The notes beneath the pieces were generated by a model. It was not told where the DNA came from. It searched no databases and saw only the letters and a list, made by a program, of their open reading frames with translations. A stretch of DNA of 63,688 nt, the filler included, from Octopus bimaculoides (Eukaryota), in the NCBI RefSeq assembly GCF_001194135.2. It is 7 parts of 7 records of this genome, joined end to end, with 100 filler letters (N's around TTAATTAATTAA, not from the genome) between each part and the next. Parts side by side here need not be neighbours in the genome. Positions count along the whole stretch, not along the records: positions 1 to 15,273 come from NC_068981.1; 6 more parts are not named here. One strand, written 5' to 3'. Numbering within the stretch: position 1 is the stretch's first letter; each line of letters opens with the position of its first letter. Made by a program: the position numbers and the translations under genes. Of this stretch, positions 1-11,706 are shown in pieces.

Positions 1-169
1 AAGAAACAATAGAATTCTGAGACAGTTAAAACTTTTGTCTAGAATCAATTACTAGCCTGATAGACCCTGCTATGTCAAGATGGACTTATATATTCTTCCT
101 CTGCTCTCTCCCACTTGGTTTTAATATGTTGCCACATTTGTAATATGTCTTTTTTTCTACATTTTTTCG

Positions 170-258
170 TGCAGCTGAAGATTGCTCTTCATATTGCATT
201 TAAGGTAATGCTCACATTACTTAAATAAATTGAAGTAGCATGAAACGTGCGTACTGCA
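170..258 (+). ncRNA. Type I hammerhead ribozyme motif with long stem II (Penelope-like terminal repeat type)
   Basis: TGCAG-CTGAAGA-[60 nt hairpin]-GAAA-CGTGCG-TA-CTGCA. Stem I is TGCAG/CTGCA, the core is intact, the cleavage triplet is GUA (251-253), and stem III ACGUGCGU is self-complementary. Confidence 0.75.
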
Positions 259-453
259 ATCACTTTTGAAATCCGTGTTGCTTATTATTTGATATATATA
301 TATATATATATATAGTTTTAGGGAAAAGAACCAAGGTTCATGAACTCATCGATGAAAATCCACTGTCACATATAGAAAAAATTAATAATTAAAAGCACAA
401 TAAATAAGTATAATATAATACCAAGTAAATATCATAAGATCAAGATAATAAAA

Positions 454-558
454 TGACTGCACGTGTTTCATAATCAATTTTCAAATAGAAAGAAATTTAA
501 ATTGATTAAAACTATCGAAAATCAATTCTATCCAAAAATATAACTAATCTTCAGGTCA
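454..558 (-). ncRNA. Degenerate type I hammerhead motif (U16.1 to C, probably inactive)
   Basis: Minus strand reads TGAC-CTGAAGA-[long AT-rich stem II]-GAAA-CACGTG-CA-GTCA. Stem I is TGAC/GTCA. The triplet is GCA instead of GUA. Confidence 0.6.
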
Positions 559-1530
559 AAATACAACAATAATAATAAATGAATGTATATATCAACCAAC
601 AATAAATAACAAATGAATATATATAAAATACTTATTATATAAAGATAGAAAAATATTATTAAAATATCAAAATAATAAACATTCCATAATCAACCCTACA
701 TCCATTATAAAATAATCTAACAGGTATATTATATACAAAACCCAACTAAACAAATTTTATCATTTAAAATACAATTTGAACGAAGTTTAAGGTTAAAATA
801 GTAAAGATATTATTAGCACATATTTAAACGATGCAATAGTTTAAGCTAGACTATTTATGACTAAAAACGTCTAAGTTTCAGTTTGAACTATAATAACATT
901 TTGATTAGTATATTTTTTACTTTGTTTACGATTTTATATCATTGTTTGGAATAAATAAATATTCTTGTATTTTTTTTTATTATTCAATTGAATTTTAATG
1001 ATAATTTTAATCGATACCTCATTTAACACTAAATTATTTTGAAATTAGAGTACCATTTTAGCCTAAAATAAGACTTCGATTTGATAAGGGTTAAAATATT
1101 TTCGATTAATAGTGTTTTATGCGATAAAAACCTACTCTTTTTATGTTAATTTCCTATACTATACGGAATATTTTCACTAGACTTCTTATAAATGAATGTT
1201 ATAAATTTTATTCTGCCTTCTAACGGTTTCAAGACCGATATGCTATACAGTTTCAATACATATCATGTCTTTTCAACTTGTTTATATACATGTAATTCTA
1301 GGACAACTATGAATGTTGTCTATTTTTACTGTCTGCTATGAATTAATCTGACCCTGATTAATATGCATGAGTTGGTCTGGATATTGCATCGAAATAGTCA
1401 TAGGTCATAATAAAGTTTTTACAGTGGATCATCTTTTAGCTCTTATTTAAATTGATATACATACAAAAACTCACATGTGAGAATTTGGCTACAATATTTT
1501 TACCAAATTTTGGTATAGATCTATAAATAC

Positions 1531-1561
<31 letters not shown>

Positions 1562-1666
1562 CCGGAGTAAGCACATAAAATGTGCAACAAGGTGGAAAAA
1601 AGCGTACTCAAATACCAGAGGTAGAGTAATATGCTTTATTTAAACGCAGCAGAAATATAACAAAAG

Positions 1667-1706
1667 ACTGTTACTCGGAGTTTCACGTTCCCGTTCATCG
1701 GACAGT
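1667..1706 (-). ncRNA. Minimal type I hammerhead motif (U4 to C variant)
   Basis: Minus strand reads ACTGT-CCGATGA-ACG(GGAA)CGT-GAAA-CTCCGAG-TA-ACAGT. All three stems pair, stem I extends (caaaa/ttttg), and stem III is near-palindromic. Confidence 0.7.
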
Positions 1707-2559
1707 TTTGTTAGAAACAAAGCTGTCNNNNNNNNNNNNNNNNNNNNNNNNNNNNNNNNNNNNNNNNNNNNNNNNNNNNNNNNNNNNNNNNNNNNNNNNN
1801 NNNNNNNNNNNNNNNNNNNNNNNNNNNNNNNNNNNNNNNNNNNNNNNNNNNNNNNNNNNNNNNNNNNNNNNNNNNNNNNNNNNNNNNNNNNNNNNNNNNN
1901 NNNNNNNNNNNNNNNNNNNNNNNNNNNNNNNNNNNNNNNNNNNNNNNNNNNNNNNNNNNNNNNNNNNNNNNNNNNNNNNNNNNNNNNNNNNNNNNNNNNN
2001 NNNNNNNNNNNNNNNNNNNNNNNNNNNNNNNNNNNNNNNNNNNNNNNNNNNNNNNNNNNNNNNNNNNNNNNNNNNNNNNNNNNNNNNNNNNNNNNNNNNN
2101 NNNNNNNNNNNNNNNNNNNNNNNNNNNNNNNNNNNNNNNNNNNNNNNNNNNNNNNNNNNNNNNNNNNNNNNNNNNNNNNNNNNNNNNNNNNNNNNNNNNN
2201 NNNNNNNNNNNNNNNNNNNNNNNNNNNNNNNNNNNNNNNNNNNNNNNNNNNNNNNNNNNNNNNNNNNNNNNNNNNNNNNNNNNNNNNNNNNNNNNNNNNN
2301 NNNNNNNNNNNNNNNNNNNNNNNNNNNNNNNNNAATACAGAATGGAACACGAACGCAAAACATCCAGACAGTTATGTGATACAAGAAAGGGACAAAACAT
2401 CCAGGTAGATGATACAAAGAAAACAAGGACAGGTCATTCGGAGTTTTCTTTCCTCAGTCGAGATGCAGATTATGCTTGCAATTTCGGCTGGTTATTTTTG
2501 ATATTGCTCCAATCTGGCCAGCCCCAAGAGTCTTAACTCTTTTAGTCTCTCCCAGTAGC

Positions 2560-3812
2560 TGACGTGTCACATTGTATCGATCTTCCTTGTGTAGTTTCAC
2601 TGGATCACCTTGAGTTCTGTCATTAGTCTTACTCTATTTGGTGACCAGAGTTGAGAGCAGTAATCCAGATAACTGAGAACAAAAGGACCATCATGGTTTC
2701 CTTTTCTCTTGTTTTGAAAGTTCGAAGGATCCACCGATCCAGATGTCTACATTTTATTGCCAACTTAGTAATCTGCACCTGAAAAGATGTATCATTACTT
2801 ATGCCGATGCCCAGGTTATGCACTGATTTTGATTCAGAGATTGGAATCCCTCTTGGGCCAGTTTATTCTATCTGCTTTTCATTGATCTTCTTGTGTTAGT
2901 AGTGCAGGGCTTGGTATTTTCTAGCATTAAACTGCATGCTATTTTCCTCAGCCCACCTGTTTATTGCATCCATCTCAAATTGTAGGTGCACAATGTCTCC
3001 AGGGTTCTATATCCTCTGAGAGACTTTTGTATTGTCTGAATAGCTAGCAAGGGTAGGTACTTGAGTGGCCGAGGGCATGTCAGAGAAGATCACTATGAAT
3101 TGCAGTGGCCCCAGGACAGTGCCCTGTGGAACACCACTTATTATTTGTGTTTTCTTGGAGGTTTCCCCATTGACCACCACTACCTGACTTTTATCTTTTA
3201 GAAAGTCATATAGCCATTCTCCAAGTTTTCGAAATATGCCAAGATTTTGGAGCTTGTGACAAATCATATCATGGTTGACTTTGTCAAAGGCTTTTGCAAA
3301 GTTGAGATATATCACATCCAGATTTGAGTTGTTGAACAGCTGCTTTAGCACCTGGTCATAATGCTGCAAGAGTTGTGTCAGGCAGCTTCTATTTGGTCAA
3401 AAACCATGCTGGGTGTCAGTCAGCAAGTCATTCTCTTCAAGGAATGCAATTAATTTCGGCCTATTCATTCCATGACTTTGTTGATGTGTGAGATCAGAGA
3501 GATAGGCTTATAGTTTTTGGCACCTGCTCTGCTTCCTCCTTTATGGATAGGGCATGTTATTCCCTCCTTTAGTTTGTCCAGGAGCTTACCATTTACGAGG
3601 AAACTCTGAAGAAGTAGCTGCAATGGTTTTGCAAGGACTTGTTTGCATGACTGGAGGAGGATTACTGGGAATCCATAAGGTCCAGCAGCTGAGTTTGCGT
3701 CTATATCATCTATTGCTAGCATTACATCCTTTCCTTTGATGTTGATGTAATCAATTGTTACTGCCTTCCATTCAGCTTTTGTAGCAGTAAAGAATTCTAC
3801 AGGTTTGTGCAT
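2560..3812 (-). mobile_element. CR1/L2-like LINE reverse transcriptase relic (stops and frameshifts)
   Basis: RT motifs in successive broken frames: SAAGPYGFP..NYKPISLISHINKVME, YLNFAKAFDKVNH, SGVPQGTVLGP, SYSDNTKV, LDYCSQLWSP. Confidence 0.9.
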
Positions 3813-4089
3813 GGTTTCTAGTATTTCAGTCTATAAATGTCTAGTATTTCTCTAGTATGATCTCTAGCATTTCAGTCTATAACATCGCACAGACTTTGGC
3901 TTATATCTAGTACAAGATAACTAAATATAAGTTTGGTGAAAACTAAAAATATATGTACTATAATTTATTGAACTTAAACATTACAACAAGCAAAAATACA
4001 AATAGCTTTTCTTAGATGAATATAGTGTGACATTGACAATATGAATTCAAAGTTATTCATTCTGCAAATTTTAGTTTGCTAATCCCATG

Positions 4090-4978
4090 CTAAAAACTTC
4101 CTTATAGACAATGTTTCAGGTTTTACCACTAGTGGGTAAAAATGAAAAGATTGCCCTTGTTCTCCACTCTGGAGCCCTGACATATAACTGACTGTGTGAA
4201 AAACAGTCCTCCTGTATTTGCAAAGCAGTAACTTTCAATGTCTCATCTTGGGTGTTATTAATGGACATCACAAAAGGCAGACATATTGTAAATTGAAGTC
4301 ATTTGAATTTGAAGGGCATATTGGAAGGTATTAAAGATAAGTGAGGAATAAAAACATCTTCCCCATTTCCACAGACAGAAATTATTGTGGCCTCTATGAC
4401 ATTTCTTGTTAGTTTCTTCACAATAAGTCTTGTGCCATTGCGCAGTTCAGAAAAGTTCTGCAGAGGCATGATTAGAGTGCCTATTTTCAATTGAAAGTAA
4501 TGAAGAGGAGCTACTTGTGGATCCAGTGAATTTAAGAACTCAACCAAGTAATTAACAATTCCCAAGTTGTCAACATCTCGGGAATTGTAAGTATGTTCAT
4601 TTCCTGGTAAAACTTTCTCAAGTCTTTCATTTAAATTATTCACAGTAATGTTCTTTGGTGCCATGGCTGCTCTTTTGCACAACCATTGTCAATGTCATAC
4701 TATATTTGTCTAAAAAAGGCTATTTTTATTTTCGTTTGCTGCAATTCTTGAGTTCAATAAATCATAGTATGTTTTTAGTTTTCCCTGAAGTTTTATTTAA
4801 TTATCTCCCTTAGACCAGTCATTTATTTGGGAATTGTGATATGTACGGTATGTTGGAAAAGGGTCTGTAGTCTCAAGACCACTTCCATTTTCTTTGAGGT
4901 AAAATTTTACACAAGAATCAGCTTTTAGTTTATATATAGATGCTATAGTCTTTCTTACTATAGATGGACAGACAGACC

Positions 4979-5026
<48 letters not shown>

Positions 5027-5045
5027 TTCATCTTTATTATATAGG
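4090..5045 (-). mobile_element. Helitron relic with PIF1-like helicase fragment
   Basis: ORF 4299-4682 ([47 protein letters not shown]) matches the Helitron helicase C-terminal region. A Helitron-like 5' end with (TG)n/(TGTC)n lies at ~4960-5045. Confidence 0.85.
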
Positions 5046-5639
5046 TATACATATGTATGTGTCTGTGTTTGTCACCACCACTGTTTGACAACTGGTGTTG
5101 CTGTGTTTACATCCCCGGAACTTAGTGGCTCAACAAAAGAGACCAAGAAATTAATGCAATAAGTACCAGGCTTTAGAAAATAAATAAGTAATAGGATCAA
5201 TTTGTTTGACTAAAATTTGCCTAGGTAGCACCCCAGCATAGCCACAGTCTAATGACTGAAACAAGGAAAAGAAAGCAAAAGAAAATATGAGTAGAATAAA
5301 ATATACCCATATATATCTATTCATATGTGCACATATATACACTTTTAACATACATTCTTACTGTTTTCACTATACATATTAATATAGGCTGAATTTAACC
5401 CACATACAATGTAGTGTGTATAGTTTTATATATATTATTATTTATATAGATAGGGTGATAAATTGAATATTAATTCAATTTAAAACCAGTTTTATATATA
5501 TATATATATATATATAGACACAAGTATCTATTCATATGTACACACATATATGCTTCTTACATACATTTAACTATTTTTAAAAAGAGCTAAATAAATATAT
5601 GATAAAGAAAAATTGAATTAGAATAAGCAGATTGCATCA

Positions 5640-6495
5640 ATAAAGTTTTAAATATTTATTTTCTTTTACCAAACTGCAAAAATGAGCATTTAAGCCTGTG
5701 ATTGCATCCAATAACTATTTTGGAGTGCCTATTCAAACGTTTATCTGTACACATTAAAATGCATGGTGCCTTCTCGGATAAGGATTACAAGATCTTGAAA
5801 ATGAATTGCATGGATATGTATTTTTTTTATCATTGTCCATGTGATGTATTGCACCTTTCCTTCCTTAAGTTTCCAGACCGTATCAGTGAGTGGTGTGCAG
5901 TGTTTCTTGCTAATGTTTTTAAATGATGCACTGTGATTTCAATATTATAGTTTGAAACATTCTGAAGTTGCACCAATGTATACAAATGCATCTGCTCGTG
6001 TTGTAACTGTACATTTGCACATTATGTTCTAATGAAGGCATTCATTTCCCAGGTGACATGCATTCTTCTTCTTAAAATTACAGTTCTCACCCACACTATT
6101 TTGTGTTTTGTAGTACTGTTTTTTATTCAGTGATCTATTTCTAATTTTTCCTCTATTGTTTCTGTGGTTATTATTAGTGTTGTTGATATTGCATTCATTG
6201 CTCCCATTGTTGCTGTTCATCATACTACTATTATTGAAATTTTCAGTATATTCCATTATTACTCATTATTTTTGCTATCATCTATATTATTATTTATATC
6301 AGAATTATTTGGATGGGCTTGATTACTTTCATACATACTATTGTAATTCTTATTTGAGGGATTATTTCTAGCTTTACCACCACTAATGGTGTTAGTAATC
6401 TCCTGGTTTAGCTTCCTGTTATTGAGTATATGAATGTGGTATTTTGTGTTATTACATGTTGCATACAATAATTTCTATTTATACATCTATGGTAC
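5640..6495 (-). mobile_element. Penelope-like element, GIY-YIG endonuclease part (degenerate)
   Basis: Minus-strand translation has CNFKKKNACHLGNECL..VYIGATSECFK..NHSASF..VWKLKE..ITW, the CNC..CPL..CL..YIG..FK.R..H..W.LK pattern of the PLE endonuclease. Confidence 0.75.
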
Positions 6496-6502
6496 AAGTT
6501 TT

Positions 6503-7479
6503 GGCATAACTACAGAGTTGTACCCCCCGCCCCCAAATTTGGAAGGTCATAACTTTCAGAAAAATGAATATTTTTTAATGAAATTTTCTATGCATATGCT
6601 ATTTATTATGTAGATTCCGAATATACAAAAATTTTCGGTGAAAGTGTTTTGGAATAGGGGTGGGGGCCAATTTTCGGAAATTCCAACAGAGTCCACTTAA
6701 ATTTCTCTTAACTTCGAGGAAAATGAATATTTTTTCATGAAATTTTCTACAAATATACCTTGATGTATGTACATTTCAAGCATGTAGGAATTTTGAAGGA
6801 AACAACTGCAGGTTATTTCTGAGAAGTGTTCCCCACTCGTTGGTGTTTCGGAGCAAGTCGTCCATAATTGTTTCATTTTTCTCTATTATGTGCGTATGTG
6901 CATCCGTAGATTTCTAATGAAGTAATAAGCAGAAAAAAGAAGCCGTCATAAGAAAACTTACATTAAAAATAACATGTACACGATTTTTGTTTCTCAATAG
7001 AAGTAAATTCCAAAGTAAACGTTTTTAGTAGAGAAGTAGAAGAGAACAGAAGCAGCGTATTACTTCATTAGAAATCTACGGATGCACATACGCACATAAT
7101 AGAGAAAAATGTAACAATTATGGACGACATGCTCCGAAACACCACCGAATGGGGAACACTTCTCAGAAATAACCTGCAGTTGTTTCCTTCAAAATTCCTA
7201 CATGCTCGAAATGTATACACATCAAAGTATATTTGTAGAAAATTTCACGAAAAAATATTCATTTTTCTCGAAGTTAAGAGGAATTTAAGTGGACTCTGTT
7301 GGAATTTCCGAAAATTGTCCCACTCCCATTCCAAAACACTTTCACCGAAAATCTTTGTATGTTTGGAATCTCCATAATAAATAATATATGCATAGAAAAT
7401 TTCATTAAAAAATATTCATTTTTCTGAAAGTTATGACCTTCCAAAGTCGGGGTGGGGGGTACAACTCTGTAGTTATGCC
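6503..7479. mobile_element. Foldback/MITE-like non-autonomous DNA transposon with ~425-bp inverted arms and 8-bp TSD
   Basis: 6503-6927 is the reverse complement of 7058-7479. Ends are GGCATAAC/GTTATGCC, and CAAGTTTT is duplicated at 6495-6502 and 7480-7487. Confidence 0.9.
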
Positions 7480-7617
7480 CAAGTTTTAATCTTGTGTTAC
7501 TAGATTTAGGAAAGTGTTTACTCAATGCAGAAATGTAATCTTGGATGATACATGTAATCTAAAAATTGGATTATGCTACAAAGCTTTGTATTTTTTATGT
7601 TTGTTTTTCGGTTTATT

Positions 7618-9285
7618 ATCATCATCATCATCGTTTAACGTCCGCCTTCCATGCTAGCTTAGGTGGGATGATTTGACTGAGGACTGGCGAACCAGATGGC
7701 TACACCAGGCTCCAATCTGATTTGGCAGAGTTTCTACAGCTGGATGCCCTTCCTAACGCCAACCACTCCGAGAGTGTAGTGGGTGCTTTTACATGTCACC
7801 CGCACNNNNNNNNNNCCAACCACTCCGAGAGTGTAGTGGGTGCTTTTACATGTCACCCGCACGAAGGCCAGCCAGGCGGTACTGACAACGGCCATGCTCA
7901 AAATGGTGTATTTTACGTGCCACCTGCACAGAAGCCAGTCCAGCGGCACTGGCAATGATCTCGCTTGTTTTTTCATGTGCAACCGGCATAATTGCCAGTA
8001 AGGCGACAATGGTAATGATCATGCTCAAATGGTGCTATTTATGTGCCACTGGCACGGAAGCTAGATAGCTGCTCTGATAATGATCACGCTAGGATGGTGC
8101 TCTTAGCGCTCCACTGGTACAGGTGCCAACACGATTTCACTTTCACTTGCCCCAACAGGTTTTTGCAAGCTGAGTTTAGTGTCCAATGAAGGAGAGGTTG
8201 GCATGGGTGCCAGTTGTTGAATTTGGTTCGATTTCGATTTCACTTGCCTCAACAGGTCTTCGCAAGTGGAGTTTAGTGTCCAATGAAGGAAAGGTATGCA
8301 TATTTGGGATGGCTACACCCCTGGCAGAGGCCTTTTGGCTTGCCGGGTCTTCTCATGCACAGCATATTTCCAAAGGTCTTGGTCACAAGTCATTGCCTCG
8401 GTGAGGCCTAATGTTTGAAGGTCGTGCTTCACCACCTCATCCCAGGTCTTCCTGGGTCTACCTCTTCCACAGGTTCCCTCAACCGCTAAGGTGTGGCACT
8501 TTTTCACACAGCTATCCTTGACCATACTAGCACAGTCATCTCTCTTGTACATCACATCTGATGCTTTTTAGGTCCAAATTTTCTCTCAAAGTACTTACCC
8601 TCTGTTGAGTATGCACACTGACATTACACATCCAATGGAGCATACTGGCATCATTCCTTGCGAGCTCACACATGTCCTCAGCAGTCATGTTTCACTGCCA
8701 TGTAGCCTGGCTGTTCGTACACATGCGTCATACAGTCTGCCTTTTACTCTGAACGAGAGGCCCTTTGTCACCAGCAGAGGTAAGAGCTCTCTGAACTTTG
8801 CCCAGGCTGTTCTTATTCTAGCAGTTACACTTTCAGCGCACCCTCCCCCACTACAAACTTGGTCACCTAGATAACGGAAGCTATCGACTACCTCTAGTTT
8901 TTCTCCCTGGAATGTGGCAGAAGTTGTTCTCTGCACATTTTCAGTGTTTACTGCTCCTGAACATCTGCCACATACAAAAACTAACTTCCTAGTTAACCTG
9001 TCTTTGATATTGCTGCACCTCTTATGTGTCCATAGCTTACACTGGGTACATCTTATAGAGTTTCTACCTATTCCTTTTCTACAGATCGAGCAGAGCCATC
9101 TACCTAAAGGGGATTGTGTTTTGTCTACCTTCCTACTTATTAGGACTTTGGTTTTAGCTAGGTTGACTCTAAGGCTCTTCAATTCTAGTCCTTGCTTCCA
9201 CGCCTGAAACTTCTCCTCTAGTTCTGATAGTGACTCAGCAATTAGTGCAAGGTCATCAGCATAGAGGTGTTCCCAGGGGCAGACT
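7618..9285 (-). mobile_element. 5'-truncated RTE-clade LINE with 3' UTR and (ATG)n tail
   Basis: HLYADDLALIAES..LRVNLAKTKVL, Cys-rich insert, FRYLG, RLYDACVRTARLHGSET, RGRGRPRKTWDEVV. The tail is (CAT)n on the plus strand at ~7618-7632. Confidence 0.93.
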
Positions 9286-9399
9286 AGTATAATCAGTGGT
9301 AAATTCATTATCTAAGGAATTCCAGTTACACTTATAATTAATATTCTGTTTAATCCTATTTTCTACTTTAGCTTTATTTATTATACTGTTTTTTTTTCT

Positions 9400-9740
9400 T
9401 TCTTGGGTTAAGATAGTCACTGTCATCTACTTTGTGTTTATCATTTCTCCTACTATAGTATCATCTAGTGCTATTATTCTTGTTGCTATATTCATTAACT
9501 AGATTATTATTAGGTATGTATTTGATTTTCTCAGTATGTGCAGCCCTAGCTAATGCTACATTGTAGTAATCTGCATGCAAGTTAAATATCATCTTATTTG
9601 CCGAAAGTCTCAATATTTGATTGGATATATTGTTTACAATTCCTTTTATGATAGGGCGTGGGTGATTGAGTTTTTTATTGACATACCTGGTTCTATAATA
9701 ATAAGAGCGTATGTAAGAAATATATATGAATAGAGACATA
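9400..9740 (-). mobile_element. Penelope-like element, RT C-terminal/linker part (same element as 5640-6495)
   Basis: RYVNKKLNHPRPIIKGIVNNISNQILRLSANKMIFN..YNVALARAAHTEKIKY resembles the PLE YV..SNHP..IIK.IP..I..RI..LS.N..F..Y..AL..GY motif. The intervening piece at 7490-7615 encodes SKHFPKS. Confidence 0.75.
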
Positions 9741-11706
9741 TATGTGTATATTCATAAAAATGTACACACTACCTTGTATGTAAGTTAGACTTTCAAACCA
9801 AAATATATTGATATAAACAGTAAAGAATGTATGTAGGAAGCATATGTGTGCATGTATAAATGGATATCTATCTATATCTATCTATCTATCTATCTATCTA
9901 TCATATATATATATATATATATATTTATGTGGAGAATGGAGCAACAAATACAAGAAGAAGCAATTCTGTTGGGCTAGTTAGCCATTGTTTTATTATGTGG
10001 AGGTTATGTAATGAGGTGATTCCCAGGAGTACCTCCGGATTTAAACATCCCCTGGTTGCTTGGATGCTTCAGATGACCCCTGAAGGATTGAGGCAAGCCT
10101 ATCATTTATATATATATTTATATATATAAAACAGTAGGGTAAAAAATTGGATATTAATTAATATCAATTTAATACCAGGGAACAAGCACATTGAAAGAAT
10201 CAAGGAGATTCAGAAAAAATATCTAAGATCTCAAAGGATCGTTGTATAATTTTTTTTCTAATTGTTTCAAAAAAGATATAAAAGTTAGATGGCCATAAAT
10301 TAACTTTATACAGAGGCTGTCTTAAGTATATTGAGTCAGATGTTTTGTTGTAAAAGGCAAGAGGGTAATTTGGATCCTTCAAGGAAACCCTTCATAAGTA
10401 CAGAAATGGCCAGTCTTCATCACTTTATCACATTATTATCTCTCAACACTGAATTTATTCTTTATTTAGTTCTGCCTTTTCTTGCTTATAATCTGACCAT
10501 GAAGATAGCATTGTAATTTATACTGAACTTGACCAATTTTTTTGTCAGTTTCTTTGTTTCTGTGTTTTGTATTTTATTCTAGCAGCTATTTTATTATAAT
10601 AGTATTCTGTCAGTCACTACTGTATATCTATGGGTGTAATTTTATCTTCAAATTGCCGAAAACTGCTTTGGGTATTTACTGAATGAAATGACAGTATGAT
10701 CTGATGAAGGACCTGTTTAAAACAATCACCTCAAGAAGCCATTTTACACCTTTGATGCAACATGTTATTTATATCATCTCATGAATGTACTACAAGTGTA
10801 AAAATGTGTCAAAACAATAGTAGCGATTTTATCTAATTATATAAACTCTGTGGATAATATGGAATTCTGGATGTGTATATCCAGTAGCAAGAGTATTTCC
10901 ACTGTGTGATATCCAGTAGCCAATAACTGTGGACAACCTTTACATAGCATAGTAGAAGGTTTTTACAAAAACCGTTTTTAATTACACAAACACACATGTA
11001 TGTAGGTTTCAGAGCGAAGTGTTAGATAAGTATAGAGGTGTAATAAGAAAAAAAGATAACATGGGAACACGATGGTTATGTTATGAATTTCATTAGCTTA
11101 CAGCAGTTTCTGCTATAAGGTGCAGTTGACTCATAGTTGAGTGCCTGAATAACATCCTATAGTTTCATTGGAACCTCAAATATGGAGTGCAATTAATTTG
11201 TGAAAAAAAAAAAAAAGAATTATATTTGTGTGATATACCAGGAAGGCATTACCAGTGATGTATATTAAAAAAGTGCATGTCCAAAAGACAATTAGATTTT
11301 ACTAGTAGAAAAATATGTGTATATACACACATGCATGCACTAAAAAAATGCACACAGACAGCAACCCCCACCTAGCACACAAATACAAATGCACAACCGC
11401 ATGCATGCATATATACCGGTATATATTTATACATGCATACATATACATACATATGAAATGCATATCCACAGATATACATTACAAACAGAAAAAAAAATAG
11501 ATGGAGACAGAGATCAACCCACTCAAGTACAGACCTATTCAGTTGTACATACATACATCCACATCCATACATATACATATATTCATACACACAAACACAC
11601 ACACACACATATATACACATATACAGACACACACATATATATACACACATGTACACAACAAGCATACATGTAAACACACAAACATAGATGCACATATATA
11701 TATAGA

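Noticed and set aside
7761-7860. Direct repeat around a 10-N gap
   Set aside because: Identical sequence on both sides of a nominal gap, so this is a contig overlap artefact.
10697-10729. CTGATGA hammerhead-like motif
   Set aside because: GAAA is replaced and stems II and III do not form; at best a decayed copy.
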